A DNA stretch of 64,000 bases from an uncultured Bacteroidia bacterium (lineage in GTDB: Bacteria; Bacteroidota; Bacteroidia; Bacteroidales; Prolixibacteraceae), in the NCBI GenBank assembly GCA_903902325.1, contig CAIUUO010000202.1:6262-70261 (forward strand), read 5' to 3'. A program made the translations under genes and the position numbers. Shown piece by piece: positions 9,663 to 18,245 of the stretch. The notes beneath the pieces were generated by a model. That model saw only the letters and a program-made list of their open reading frames with translations. It was not told the DNA's origin and did not search any database. How positions within the stretch are numbered: position 1 is the stretch's first letter; the number at the start of each line of letters is the position of its first letter.

Positions 9663-12428
9663 ATGAGCAAAAAATTTCCCCTTGGATTCCTGCTTTTATT
9701 GTTTTCAATCGCGCTCTCCAGTGCACAAACATTGCCATCCCCAAAACAGCATTTTGGATTTTCAATAGGTGAAAATTATAAATTGGCAACCTATACCCAA
9801 ACTGAAGCCTGGTTTAAAAAAATCGCATCCGCCTCCAACCGGACAAGCCTTGTTGACATGGGTCAGACCGAAGAGGACAGAACCCAGTACATGATGGTCA
9901 TTTCCTCGCCCGAAAACATTAAAAATCTGGGCAAATACAAGGAAATTGCACAAAAAATGGCCCATGCAGAGCAACTTACAGACGCTGAGGCACAGAAACT
10001 GGCCACCGAAGGGAAGGCCGTTGTCTGGATCGATGGTGGACTTCATGCCACGGAAACTGTGGGGACGCATCAACTTATTGAAACGATTTGGAATCTGGTA
10101 AGCAGAAATGATCCGGAAACCCTGCGGATTCTGGACGAAGTGATCATTTTACTGGCGCACGCAAATCCTGACGGACAGGAACTAGTTTCCAACTGGTACA
10201 TGGGCAATCCGGATACGCTGAAAAGATCCTACGCACAACTCCCAAGGCTCTATCAGAAATACATTGGCCACGACAACAACAGGGATTTCTACATGATGAA
10301 CATGAAGGAGACCCAAAACATCAGCAGGCAACTCTATGTGGAATGGATGCCCCAGATCATATACAACCACCATCAGGCCGGACCTGCAGGCTCAGTCGTA
10401 GCCGGACCTCCCTACCGGGATCCGTTCAATTACCTGTTTAACCCGCTCGTGATCACAGGGATCGATGCCGTTGGAGCTGCCATGATCAACAGGTTGAACG
10501 CGGAAGGCAAACCGGGATATACTGAACGGGGTGGCTCAGTATTTTCGACCTGGTACAATGGCGGATTAAGGACAACCTCCTATTTCCACAACATCATCGG
10601 AATCCTTACGGAGATTATAGGTAATCCGACACCTTCTTCCATCCCGCTTGTTCCGGCGCGTTTGCTCCCCAGCGAAAACACTCCTTTCCCTGTGATGCCC
10701 CAAAAATGGCTTTTCAGGCAGTCGATTGATTACTCCGTATCCCTGAATTATGCCATCCTCGATTATGCGGCCAGAAACAGGGAACACCTGCTTTACAATA
10801 TTTATACCATGGGAAAAAATTCCATTCTCGCCGGGAACCGGAACAACTGGACCATCTCCTCCAAACGTGTGGATGCTATAAGTAACGCCTTTAAAAATAG
10901 TCCCAAAAGCAGAAAAAGTACTGACAGTACCAACAACGCCGGAAGGGAAAGAGTAGATACCATTCCAATGAAATACTGGGATGTTGTTTTTAAGGACTCG
11001 ACCCTCCGGGATCCGCGCGGCTATATCATCACTGCCGACCAGCCCGACTTTCCTACTGCGGTTAAGTTTGTCAATGCCCTGATACGATCAGGAATACACC
11101 TACACAAGGCAAGCGCAGATTTCACGGTAGATGGGAAAAAATATCCGGCAGGTTCCTTTGTGGTAAAGACAAACCAGGCTTTCCGTCCTCACGTCCTTGA
11201 TATGTTTGAACCTCAGGATCATCCCAATGATTTTCTTTACCCCGGGGGACCGCCGGTCAAGCCTTACGACATCTCGGGCTGGACACCTGCCTATTCCATG
11301 GGAATTCAGTTTAGCAGGATCCTGAAGGCTTTCGACGGACCTTTCCTGGCCATTCCCTACGGAGAAATTCAATCACCGGCAGGAGCCATTGCCTCCTCTT
11401 CAGGTGCAGGTTACATTCTGGATTCAAGATGTGATAATTCGTTTGTCGCAGTCAATGAGTTACTTCGTTCGGGAGTTGAGGTATTCAGGATCAAGAATCA
11501 GACAGGCATCAAACCTCAGGTTGGCCAGGGTTCATTTTTTGTGCCATCCGGCAGCAAAGCCAGGCAGGTTTTGCAAAAGGCTACGGCTGACCTAAGTCTC
11601 CGTATAGTTTCAGTCTCCAAAAAACCGGATCAGCTTACCGGGAAGATTTCCTCTCTGCGCATCGGGTTATGGGATACTTATGGAGGCTCCATCTCCGCCG
11701 GTTGGTTGAAATGGATCATGGAACAGCATCAGTTTGCCTTCAAACCCGTTTATGCCAGGGAGATTGATGAAGGGAATCTCAGGAAGAAATACGATGTGCT
11801 GATTTTTGTAGGCGGAGCGATCCCTCCTGTGAAAGGAAGTGAACCGGCCGGACCGAAGGATACGACCAAAATCACGGATATTCCTGCCGACTACAGGTAC
11901 CAGTGGGGCAAAATTACCGCGGATACCTCCGTGGTGCAACTTAAAAAGTTCATGGAAGCAGGCGGTACAGTGGTTACGATCGGCAGAAGCGCCAATCTGG
12001 CGTACCATTTGAAACTGGCGGTGAAGAACGCCCTCGAGGAGATGAACAAAGGGAAGCTTACTCCGCTATCCTCCGATAAATTTTATATTCCCGGCAGCAT
12101 CCTGAGGGTCGCAGTCGATTCAGCACAGACATCCGGCTGGGGAATGGCCGCGCGTGCGGACGTCTTCTTCGATTCGAGTCCGGTTTTCAGGCTAATGCCG
12201 GAAACTGCCGGTCAAAGGAAAGTCACTCCGATAGCGTGGTTCGATTCTGCACTGCCTCTTCGAAGCGGCTGGGCTTTCGGCCAGGAATACCTGCAGGACG
12301 GAGTTGTTGCCTTCGAAGCCAAAGTTGGTTCGGGTAAGATATTCGCTTTCGGACCCGAAATAACTTTTAGGGCACAGACATACAATACCTTCAAATTGCT
12401 GTTCAATGAGCTTTATTCGGGGTACTAG
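9663..12428 (+). CDS. M14 family zinc metallopeptidase (carboxypeptidase-like), secreted, with a long C-terminal extension
   Basis: 921 aa with a signal peptide. Carries HATETVG (HxxE zinc ligands) and LAHANPDGQE, typical of M14 peptidases. Confidence 0.85.
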   Translation: MSKKFPLGFLLLLFSIALSSAQTLPSPKQHFGFSIGENYKLATYTQTEAWFKKIASASNRTSLVDMGQTEEDRTQYMMVISSPENIKNLGKYKEIAQKMAHAEQLTDAEAQKLATEGKAVVWIDGGLHATETVGTHQLIETIWNLVSRNDPETLRILDEVIILLAHANPDGQELVSNWYMGNPDTLKRSYAQLPRLYQKYIGHDNNRDFYMMNMKETQNISRQLYVEWMPQIIYNHHQAGPAGSVVAGPPYRDPFNYLFNPLVITGIDAVGAAMINRLNAEGKPGYTERGGSVFSTWYNGGLRTTSYFHNIIGILTEIIGNPTPSSIPLVPARLLPSENTPFPVMPQKWLFRQSIDYSVSLNYAILDYAARNREHLLYNIYTMGKNSILAGNRNNWTISSKRVDAISNAFKNSPKSRKSTDSTNNAGRERVDTIPMKYWDVVFKDSTLRDPRGYIITADQPDFPTAVKFVNALIRSGIHLHKASADFTVDGKKYPAGSFVVKTNQAFRPHVLDMFEPQDHPNDFLYPGGPPVKPYDISGWTPAYSMGIQFSRILKAFDGPFLAIPYGEIQSPAGAIASSSGAGYILDSRCDNSFVAVNELLRSGVEVFRIKNQTGIKPQVGQGSFFVPSGSKARQVLQKATADLSLRIVSVSKKPDQLTGKISSLRIGLWDTYGGSISAGWLKWIMEQHQFAFKPVYAREIDEGNLRKKYDVLIFVGGAIPPVKGSEPAGPKDTTKITDIPADYRYQWGKITADTSVVQLKKFMEAGGTVVTIGRSANLAYHLKLAVKNALEEMNKGKLTPLSSDKFYIPGSILRVAVDSAQTSGWGMAARADVFFDSSPVFRLMPETAGQRKVTPIAWFDSALPLRSGWAFGQEYLQDGVVAFEAKVGSGKIFAFGPEITFRAQTYNTFKLLFNELYSGY

Positions 12429-12429
12429 A

Positions 12430-12459
12430 TAATTGACAATTAACAATTGACAATTGACA
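12430..12459. repeat. Short tandem repeat (caattga / aattgac units)
   Basis: taattgacaattaacaattgacaattgacag lies directly after the M14 stop. The same word recurs at 29644-29665. Confidence 0.8.
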
Positions 12460-12623
12460 GTGAATAGGATTTCTTACTGTCTTGATTGAATGATTGATAA
12501 TTATCCAATTTGTTTTGTTTAATTTTATCCATCAAAGGCTAAACCTGTTCTCAGTTCATACGTATGCTGAATAATTGGTGGAGGTTACAAAGTGTGAATT
12601 TATTACCTGCTAAATAGAATCTT

Positions 12624-13973
12624 ATGTCTCTTTCAATTGTCCCTTTTATTGTGAGTCTGGTTTTTTTGAATCGGTTCAGGAGATTTTCCAGGGCGAACGG
12701 ACTACTGCATTGGGAGATGCTTTTCAGATACGCCCTTCTTCTTTCCGTTGCCCTCTTTATTACCGGCATGGTATTTAAATCGGAAGACTTTACGAAGTGG
12801 CTATGGCATATTTACCTGATCGTACTGGTTGTCTTTCCCTTGCAGCAGAAAGAGTTCCGACCGTTGCGCAACTTTATTTCGGCATTCATCCCCTATGTAC
12901 TGATATCGGTTGTAAGTGATTTGACAGAAGTCATCAATGCAGACTTTTTCAAGACAACCGAAACGTATTTCAAAAATATCACGGCGCTGACCTATATCTG
13001 GATGATTGCCCTGTTTTACAGCCAGAACAGGCAAAATAAGGCAGCAGAAAGAGAACGCATAAAAAGATTGCATGAGGATGAACTCAACAAGGTAATCGCC
13101 GCGAGGAAGGTTGAGCTGGAAGTCCTGGTGCAGGAGCGTACCGTCGAACTTACGAAACAGAAAGAGGAACTGGAAAATACGCTTGAAGAGTTGCGAGCCA
13201 CTCAGTCGCAACTGATCCAGTCCGAAAAGATGGCATCTCTGGGCGAACTCACCGCAGGTATTGCCCACGAAATCCAGAACCCGCTCAATTTCGTCAACAA
13301 TTTTTCGGAAGTGAGTGTTGAACTGCTGGATGAGATGCAGGCAGAGATTGGGCGGGGGAATTCGGAGGAGGTAAAACAAATTGTGACCGACCTGAAACAA
13401 AACCTCGAAAAGATCAACCATCATGGCAAGCGTGCCGACAGTATTGTCAAGGGGATGCTGCAGCATTCAAGAACCAGCACCGGACAAAAGGAACCGACGG
13501 ATATCAATGCCCTGGCAGATGAATACCTGCGACTGGCCTATCATGGACTAAGGGCCAAGGATAAATCATTCAATGCGAAGTTTGAAACTGATCTGGACCC
13601 AAACCTGGGAAAGATCAATGTGATACCGCAGGACATGGGCAGGGTGATCCTGAATTTGCTCACCAACGCCTTCTATGCAGTAACCGAGAAAAAGAAATTG
13701 CTGGGAGAATCATTTCAGCCCTCTGTGACCATTAGCACCAGGAAGATGGGTAAAAATGTTGAAATCAGGGTGACAGACAACGGGAATGGAATCCCTGAAA
13801 AAATCATTGATAAAATTTTTCAGCCCTTCTTTTCAACGAAACCGACCGGCAAAGGAACAGGACTGGGCCTTTCCCTTTGTTATGAGATAGTCACCAAGGG
13901 GCATGGAGGTGAATTGAGCGTCGAAACAAAAGAAGGTGAGGGTTCTATATTCATTTGTACCTTACCCTTGTAA
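12624..13973 (+). CDS. Sensor histidine kinase (multi-TM N-terminus, HisKA + HATPase_c)
   Basis: 449 aa with N-terminal hydrophobic helices and a coiled-coil linker. H-box EKMASLGELTAGIAHEIQNPLNF. N/G boxes: LLTNAFYA, DNGNGIP, GTGLGLSLCYEIV. Confidence 0.85.
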   Translation: MSLSIVPFIVSLVFLNRFRRFSRANGLLHWEMLFRYALLLSVALFITGMVFKSEDFTKWLWHIYLIVLVVFPLQQKEFRPLRNFISAFIPYVLISVVSDLTEVINADFFKTTETYFKNITALTYIWMIALFYSQNRQNKAAERERIKRLHEDELNKVIAARKVELEVLVQERTVELTKQKEELENTLEELRATQSQLIQSEKMASLGELTAGIAHEIQNPLNFVNNFSEVSVELLDEMQAEIGRGNSEEVKQIVTDLKQNLEKINHHGKRADSIVKGMLQHSRTSTGQKEPTDINALADEYLRLAYHGLRAKDKSFNAKFETDLDPNLGKINVIPQDMGRVILNLLTNAFYAVTEKKKLLGESFQPSVTISTRKMGKNVEIRVTDNGNGIPEKIIDKIFQPFFSTKPTGKGTGLGLSLCYEIVTKGHGGELSVETKEGEGSIFICTLPL

Positions 13974-13986
13974 ACATGATTGAAAG

Positions 13987-14367
13987 ATGAATAAGATTCT
14001 GGTTGTTGACGATGAGAGAGATATTCAGACCTTGTTTGAACAGCATTTCAGAAAGGAGATCAGGCATGGAGAAGTTCAGTTCGTCTTCTCGTTTTCGGGA
14101 GAGGAGGCGCTGACTTACATGTACGAACATGAGCAGGAGGCTGTCCTGATCTTGTCGGATATCAATATGCCCGGCATGAGTGGACTTGAATTGCTGAAAC
14201 ACATCAAGGAGAAGTACGAAAAACCGCCACCTGTGGTCATGATGATCACTGCCTATGGCGATGATGATAATTACAGGACGGCAATGAGACTGGGAGCAGA
14301 TGATTTTCTGACCAAACCATTGGACTTCAAATCACTCAAGGAGAAATTAAAAACCACGCTCTTATGA
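13987..14367 (+). CDS. Stand-alone response regulator receiver (CheY-like)
   Basis: 126 aa. Carries ILVVDDE, the phospho-acceptor context LILSDINMPGMSG, and a conserved K in LTKPL. Confidence 0.9.
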   Translation: MNKILVVDDERDIQTLFEQHFRKEIRHGEVQFVFSFSGEEALTYMYEHEQEAVLILSDINMPGMSGLELLKHIKEKYEKPPPVVMMITAYGDDDNYRTAMRLGADDFLTKPLDFKSLKEKLKTTLL

Positions 14368-15395
14368 TTAAAATATTAATTGTCGATGATGAAACTGATC
14401 TGGAGATCCTCATCAGGCAGAAATTCCGCAAGAAAATCAGGGAACAGGACTATGAATTTGTTTTTGCTGTGAATGGAAATGATGCATTAAAAAAAATGGC
14501 AGAGTTTCCGGATGTGGAGATCGTATTAAGCGATATCAACATGCCGGAAATGGATGGTTTAACCTTGCTGACAAAACTCAGCGAAAGCAATCCTTTGGTG
14601 AAAACTGTAATGGTATCGGCTTATGGCGACATGGAAAACATCCGCAAGGCCATGAACCGGGGGGCCTTCGATTTTGTGACGAAACCTGTTGATTTTGATG
14701 ATCTGGAATTGACGATGGAGAAGACGATCCAGCACGTGAAACAGATCAGGGAGACATTGCGTGCCATCAAGGAGAACAACATCCTGAAAATGTACGTGGA
14801 TGAGAATGTGCTCAATTTCATGGGCAGCAGGGAATATGAAACATCCATCATGGTCAATGAAACAGTGGAAGCGACAGTAGCGTTCATTGATATCTGCAGT
14901 TTTACCTCCATAAGTGAAAAAGAGACCCCGGATACGGTAGTTTCCCTGTTAAACAGGTATTTCGACCTGATGGTAAAGGAGATTATTGCCCAGCAGGGGA
15001 TCGTCGACAAATTTATGGGAGATTGCCTGATGGCTGTATTCAAGGGACCTTACCATCCCGACAGGGCCATTGACGCTTGCCTGGCCATCCGAAGCAAAAT
15101 TGAAGAACTTCAGGGGCATGTCGATTTCATGCCAAAAGTTTCCATTGGGATCAACAGCGGTGAAATGATTTCTGGAAATATAGGTTCTGCAACTTTGCGC
15201 CGGCTTGATTATACGGTGATTGGAGATGCCGTGAATACAGCAGAGCGATTGCAAAGAGCAGCTGGTGATGGTCAGATTGTTATTTCAGAAGCAGGCTATG
15301 AAAGGGTGAAACAATCGTTCAACTGCAGGCCAATTGGTCCGGCAGTCCTGAAAAACAAAGCAGAAGAGGTGATGCTTTACGAAGTCCTGAATTAA
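14364..15395 (+). CDS. Response regulator receiver fused to a class III nucleotidyl (adenylate/guanylate) cyclase domain
   Basis: 343 aa. REC motifs: ILIVDDE, LSDINMPEMDG, VTKPV. Cyclase motifs: VAFIDICSFTSISE, DKFMGDCLMAVF, GINSGEMISGNIGS, DYTVIGDAVNTAERL. A 4-nt ATGA overlap links it to the upstream REC gene. Confidence 0.9.
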   Translation: MIKILIVDDETDLEILIRQKFRKKIREQDYEFVFAVNGNDALKKMAEFPDVEIVLSDINMPEMDGLTLLTKLSESNPLVKTVMVSAYGDMENIRKAMNRGAFDFVTKPVDFDDLELTMEKTIQHVKQIRETLRAIKENNILKMYVDENVLNFMGSREYETSIMVNETVEATVAFIDICSFTSISEKETPDTVVSLLNRYFDLMVKEIIAQQGIVDKFMGDCLMAVFKGPYHPDRAIDACLAIRSKIEELQGHVDFMPKVSIGINSGEMISGNIGSATLRRLDYTVIGDAVNTAERLQRAAGDGQIVISEAGYERVKQSFNCRPIGPAVLKNKAEEVMLYEVLN

Positions 15396-15413
15396 TATTT
15401 AAATTGAGTCAAC

Positions 15414-16874
15414 ATGCAATATGACCAGGTACATTCCTTCCTGATTCAGAAACTCGAGGATAGTTTGCCTTCTTATCTTACTTACCATGATGCAGGCCAT
15501 ACGAGGAACGTCATCGAAGCAGCCGGACATCTGGCTATAGCTGAAAACATCACCGGGGAAGATCTGGTTTTGCTGAAGACTGCTGCCTTGTTCCATGATT
15601 CAGGGTATATGCAGATTTACAAGGGGCATGAAGAGGTTTCCTGCAACCTGGCCAGAAAATGCTTGCCCGAGTACGGATATACTCCTGTACAGATTGAAAC
15701 CATTTGCCGGCTGATCATGGCTACCAGGTGGCCGGCCAAACCAACCGACTTGCTGGAGAAGATACTTTGCGATGCCGATATGTATTACATCGGAACGGAA
15801 CATTATACCTTCTACGCGGAGAAATTGTATCTTGAATTGAAGAAAAATGGTTCCGTTAAAACAAAAGTCGAATGGTTATTGCAACAGGTGGAGTTTCTTT
15901 CAGCGCATAAATTTCACACACAAACCGCTGTCAATGAAAGAGAAGCGGTAAAAATAAAAGAATTGCACCAGCTACAGATGCAGCTTGAATCCGCGGTTTC
16001 TGTTTCCAATAAGATGAAGCCCGGCGAGTTGATCCAGGATATACTGCTGATGATGATCGGCGTCGTTTTTGCCGGTTACGCCTTGAAAGGATTCCTGGTG
16101 CCGAACCGTTTTTTTGACGGTGGCATCACGGGCATCTCGCTCCTTGTCCATGAATTGTACGGATTCAATCTGGCCATTGTGATTTTCCTGCTAAACCTGC
16201 CTTTCGTGGTGGTAAGTTATTTTTCTGTCAGTCACAGGTTTGCCTTATGGACGTTTTTCAGTGTGATCCTGTTGGGCATCTGTCTTACCTTGTTGCCCGA
16301 TGTGGCAATCACAAAGGATAAATTGCTGATCTCTATTTTTGGGGGGGTATTCCTCGGAATAGGTATCGGCCTAATCATGCGTGCTGGGGCTGCCCTGGAC
16401 GGAATCGAAGTGCTTGCACTCTATACCCTGAAGCGAACCTCCTTTACCATCACTGAAATAATTTTGGGGATCAATGTCCTCATCTTTGCTGTCGCTGCCC
16501 TCAAGTTTGGGGTGGAAACTGCCTTATATTCGATCCTGACCTATTTTTCTGCTACCAGATGCATCGATTATGTCGTAGAAGGGATTCAGGCATTTACAGG
16601 CGTGACCATTATCTCCGCCAAAAGTGAGTTGATCAAGTACAAGCTGGTCAATGAACTTGGAAGGGGTATTACAATTTACAAAGGACAAAGAGGGTTTCTT
16701 CCCGGAAAATTTGAAATCAGTGCGGATTGCGACATCATCTTCACGGTTATCTCGAGACTTGAACTCCGGAAACTCAAGAACCTTGTCTACAACGAAGACC
16801 CAAAAGCCTTTGTCTTTGCCAATACCATCAAAGAAGCTTCCGGTGGCATCATCAGCCGAAGACATCATCATTGA
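15414..16874 (+). CDS. HD-domain phosphohydrolase fused to a YitT-family membrane protein (DUF161 TM region + DUF2179 C-terminal domain)
   Basis: 486 aa. N-terminal H...HD...D pattern: YHDAGHTRNV, LFHDSGY, CDADMYYIG. The central region has YitT-like TM helices (FLVPNRFFDGGITGISLLV). The C-terminal soluble domain is typical of YitT (ITIYKGQRGF ... FTVISRLELRKLKNLV). Confidence 0.75.
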   Translation: MQYDQVHSFLIQKLEDSLPSYLTYHDAGHTRNVIEAAGHLAIAENITGEDLVLLKTAALFHDSGYMQIYKGHEEVSCNLARKCLPEYGYTPVQIETICRLIMATRWPAKPTDLLEKILCDADMYYIGTEHYTFYAEKLYLELKKNGSVKTKVEWLLQQVEFLSAHKFHTQTAVNEREAVKIKELHQLQMQLESAVSVSNKMKPGELIQDILLMMIGVVFAGYALKGFLVPNRFFDGGITGISLLVHELYGFNLAIVIFLLNLPFVVVSYFSVSHRFALWTFFSVILLGICLTLLPDVAITKDKLLISIFGGVFLGIGIGLIMRAGAALDGIEVLALYTLKRTSFTITEIILGINVLIFAVAALKFGVETALYSILTYFSATRCIDYVVEGIQAFTGVTIISAKSELIKYKLVNELGRGITIYKGQRGFLPGKFEISADCDIIFTVISRLELRKLKNLVYNEDPKAFVFANTIKEASGGIISRRHHH

Positions 16875-17163
16875 ATATACTTTAGAATCTTTTTTTTGTT
16901 GCAGGTTATAAGATGCAGATTCCGGGATGCGGGTATGAGTTTTATATCCCTCTAGTCTTTCCATTGTCTCCGTCAATTCCGTCTTTTCGGTCCATGAATC
17001 TTCGGTTCCTGACGAAGGGGTAGAAGGGTTCTTTAGTCTTTTATCCTAATTTGTTTATTATCTTGGTACATTTGTTTGGAACATTGTCTGCGAGTTATGA
17101 AATTATTACCGTTATAACTTTAACAGACAATTTTCACAGGTACTAATTTAATTTCCCAATGGC

Positions 17164-18138
17164 ATGGCAACTAAAAAAGATAGCATTACAGAACCGGTCT
17201 CTGCAAAAGGTCTGTTGAAAGAATTCGCAGGACTAAGTCATAAAAAATTTTATGCACGTGCCGGTAAATTTTCCAAACAATTCAGGGTAACGGGGGATAA
17301 GAAATTTAAACTGAAGGATTTCCCCTGTGATGTGGATTCCAATCTGGGAGAAGAAGAAAAACAGGCAACCCAGCAGATTCTTCGCATAGGAGTTGAGGCT
17401 CTTGCCGAATTGCAGGATAAATTGTACGCGCAGGACAAATGGGCCTTACTCGTTATATTTCAAGCCATGGATGCTGCAGGGAAAGATGGGGCTATCAAGC
17501 ATGTGATGTCGGGTGTGAACCCCCAGGGATGTGATGTGAATTCTTTTAAGGCACCTAATGCTGAGGAGTTGGACCATGATTTCCTGTGGCGTTGCATGAA
17601 GCACCTTCCTGAGCGAGGCAGGATCGGTATTTTCAACCGTTCCTATTATGAAGAGGTATTGGTTGTCAGGGTACATGACGGAATTCTGAAATCACAAAAA
17701 TTACCTGAGAAACTCATAACTGACAACATTTGGAAGGAACGGCTGGGTGATATCAGTAACTTTGAATCCTATCTGAACAAGAACGGGGTCCTGGTGGTAA
17801 AAATATTCCTCAATGTATCCAAAAAGGAACAGAAGAAACGTTTTCTCGAACGAATTGAAAAACCCGAGAAAAACTGGAAATTCAGTAACTCTGATCTGAC
17901 GGAAAGGAAGTTCTGGGATGAATACATGGCTGCCTACGAAGATATGATCCGAAAAACAGCCACTGAAAAATCACCCTGGTATGTGGTGCCTGCCGATAAC
18001 AAACTGTATGCCCGTATTGTGGTGGCGGCTGCCATCCTGCATGCCCTTAACTCCATGAAACTGTATTATCCAAAAGTAAGCGAGGAAAAGGTCGCAGAAT
18101 TGCAGCGAATTAAGCAGATGTTGTTGGAGGAAGAATAA
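17164..18138 (+). CDS. Polyphosphate kinase 2 (PPK2) family protein
   Basis: 324 aa with the PPK2 P-loop-like motif FQAMDAAGKDGAIKHV, plus FNRSYYEEVLVVRVH and PWYVVPADNK. Confidence 0.9.
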   Translation: MATKKDSITEPVSAKGLLKEFAGLSHKKFYARAGKFSKQFRVTGDKKFKLKDFPCDVDSNLGEEEKQATQQILRIGVEALAELQDKLYAQDKWALLVIFQAMDAAGKDGAIKHVMSGVNPQGCDVNSFKAPNAEELDHDFLWRCMKHLPERGRIGIFNRSYYEEVLVVRVHDGILKSQKLPEKLITDNIWKERLGDISNFESYLNKNGVLVVKIFLNVSKKEQKKRFLERIEKPEKNWKFSNSDLTERKFWDEYMAAYEDMIRKTATEKSPWYVVPADNKLYARIVVAAAILHALNSMKLYYPKVSEEKVAELQRIKQMLLEEE

Positions 18139-18140
18139 TC

Positions 18141-18233
18141 AAAGGAAAAAGGATAAAGGGAAAAGGATAAAGTAAGGAACGATTTAATCATTATTTCTAC
18201 GTAACCTGTAACTTGTAACCTGTTACGTGAAAC
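18141..18233. repeat. Two short-period intergenic repeat runs (aaaggataaag-type and gtaacct heptamers)
   Basis: aaaggaaaaaggataaagggaaaaggataaagtaagg, then gtaacctgtaacttgtaacctgttacgtgaaac. They lie between the PPK2 and SulP genes. Confidence 0.7.
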
Positions 18234-18245
18234 ATTCTCTGATGT

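Noticed and set aside
14364-16874. Cyclase plus membrane effector read as a Pycsar/CBASS-type anti-phage system
   Set aside because: The cyclase is fused to a receiver domain. It sits in a tight operon with a histidine kinase and a second receiver, in a region that looks like core genome. The downstream protein has no recognisable cyclic-nucleotide-binding domain. Ordinary two-component signalling is more likely.
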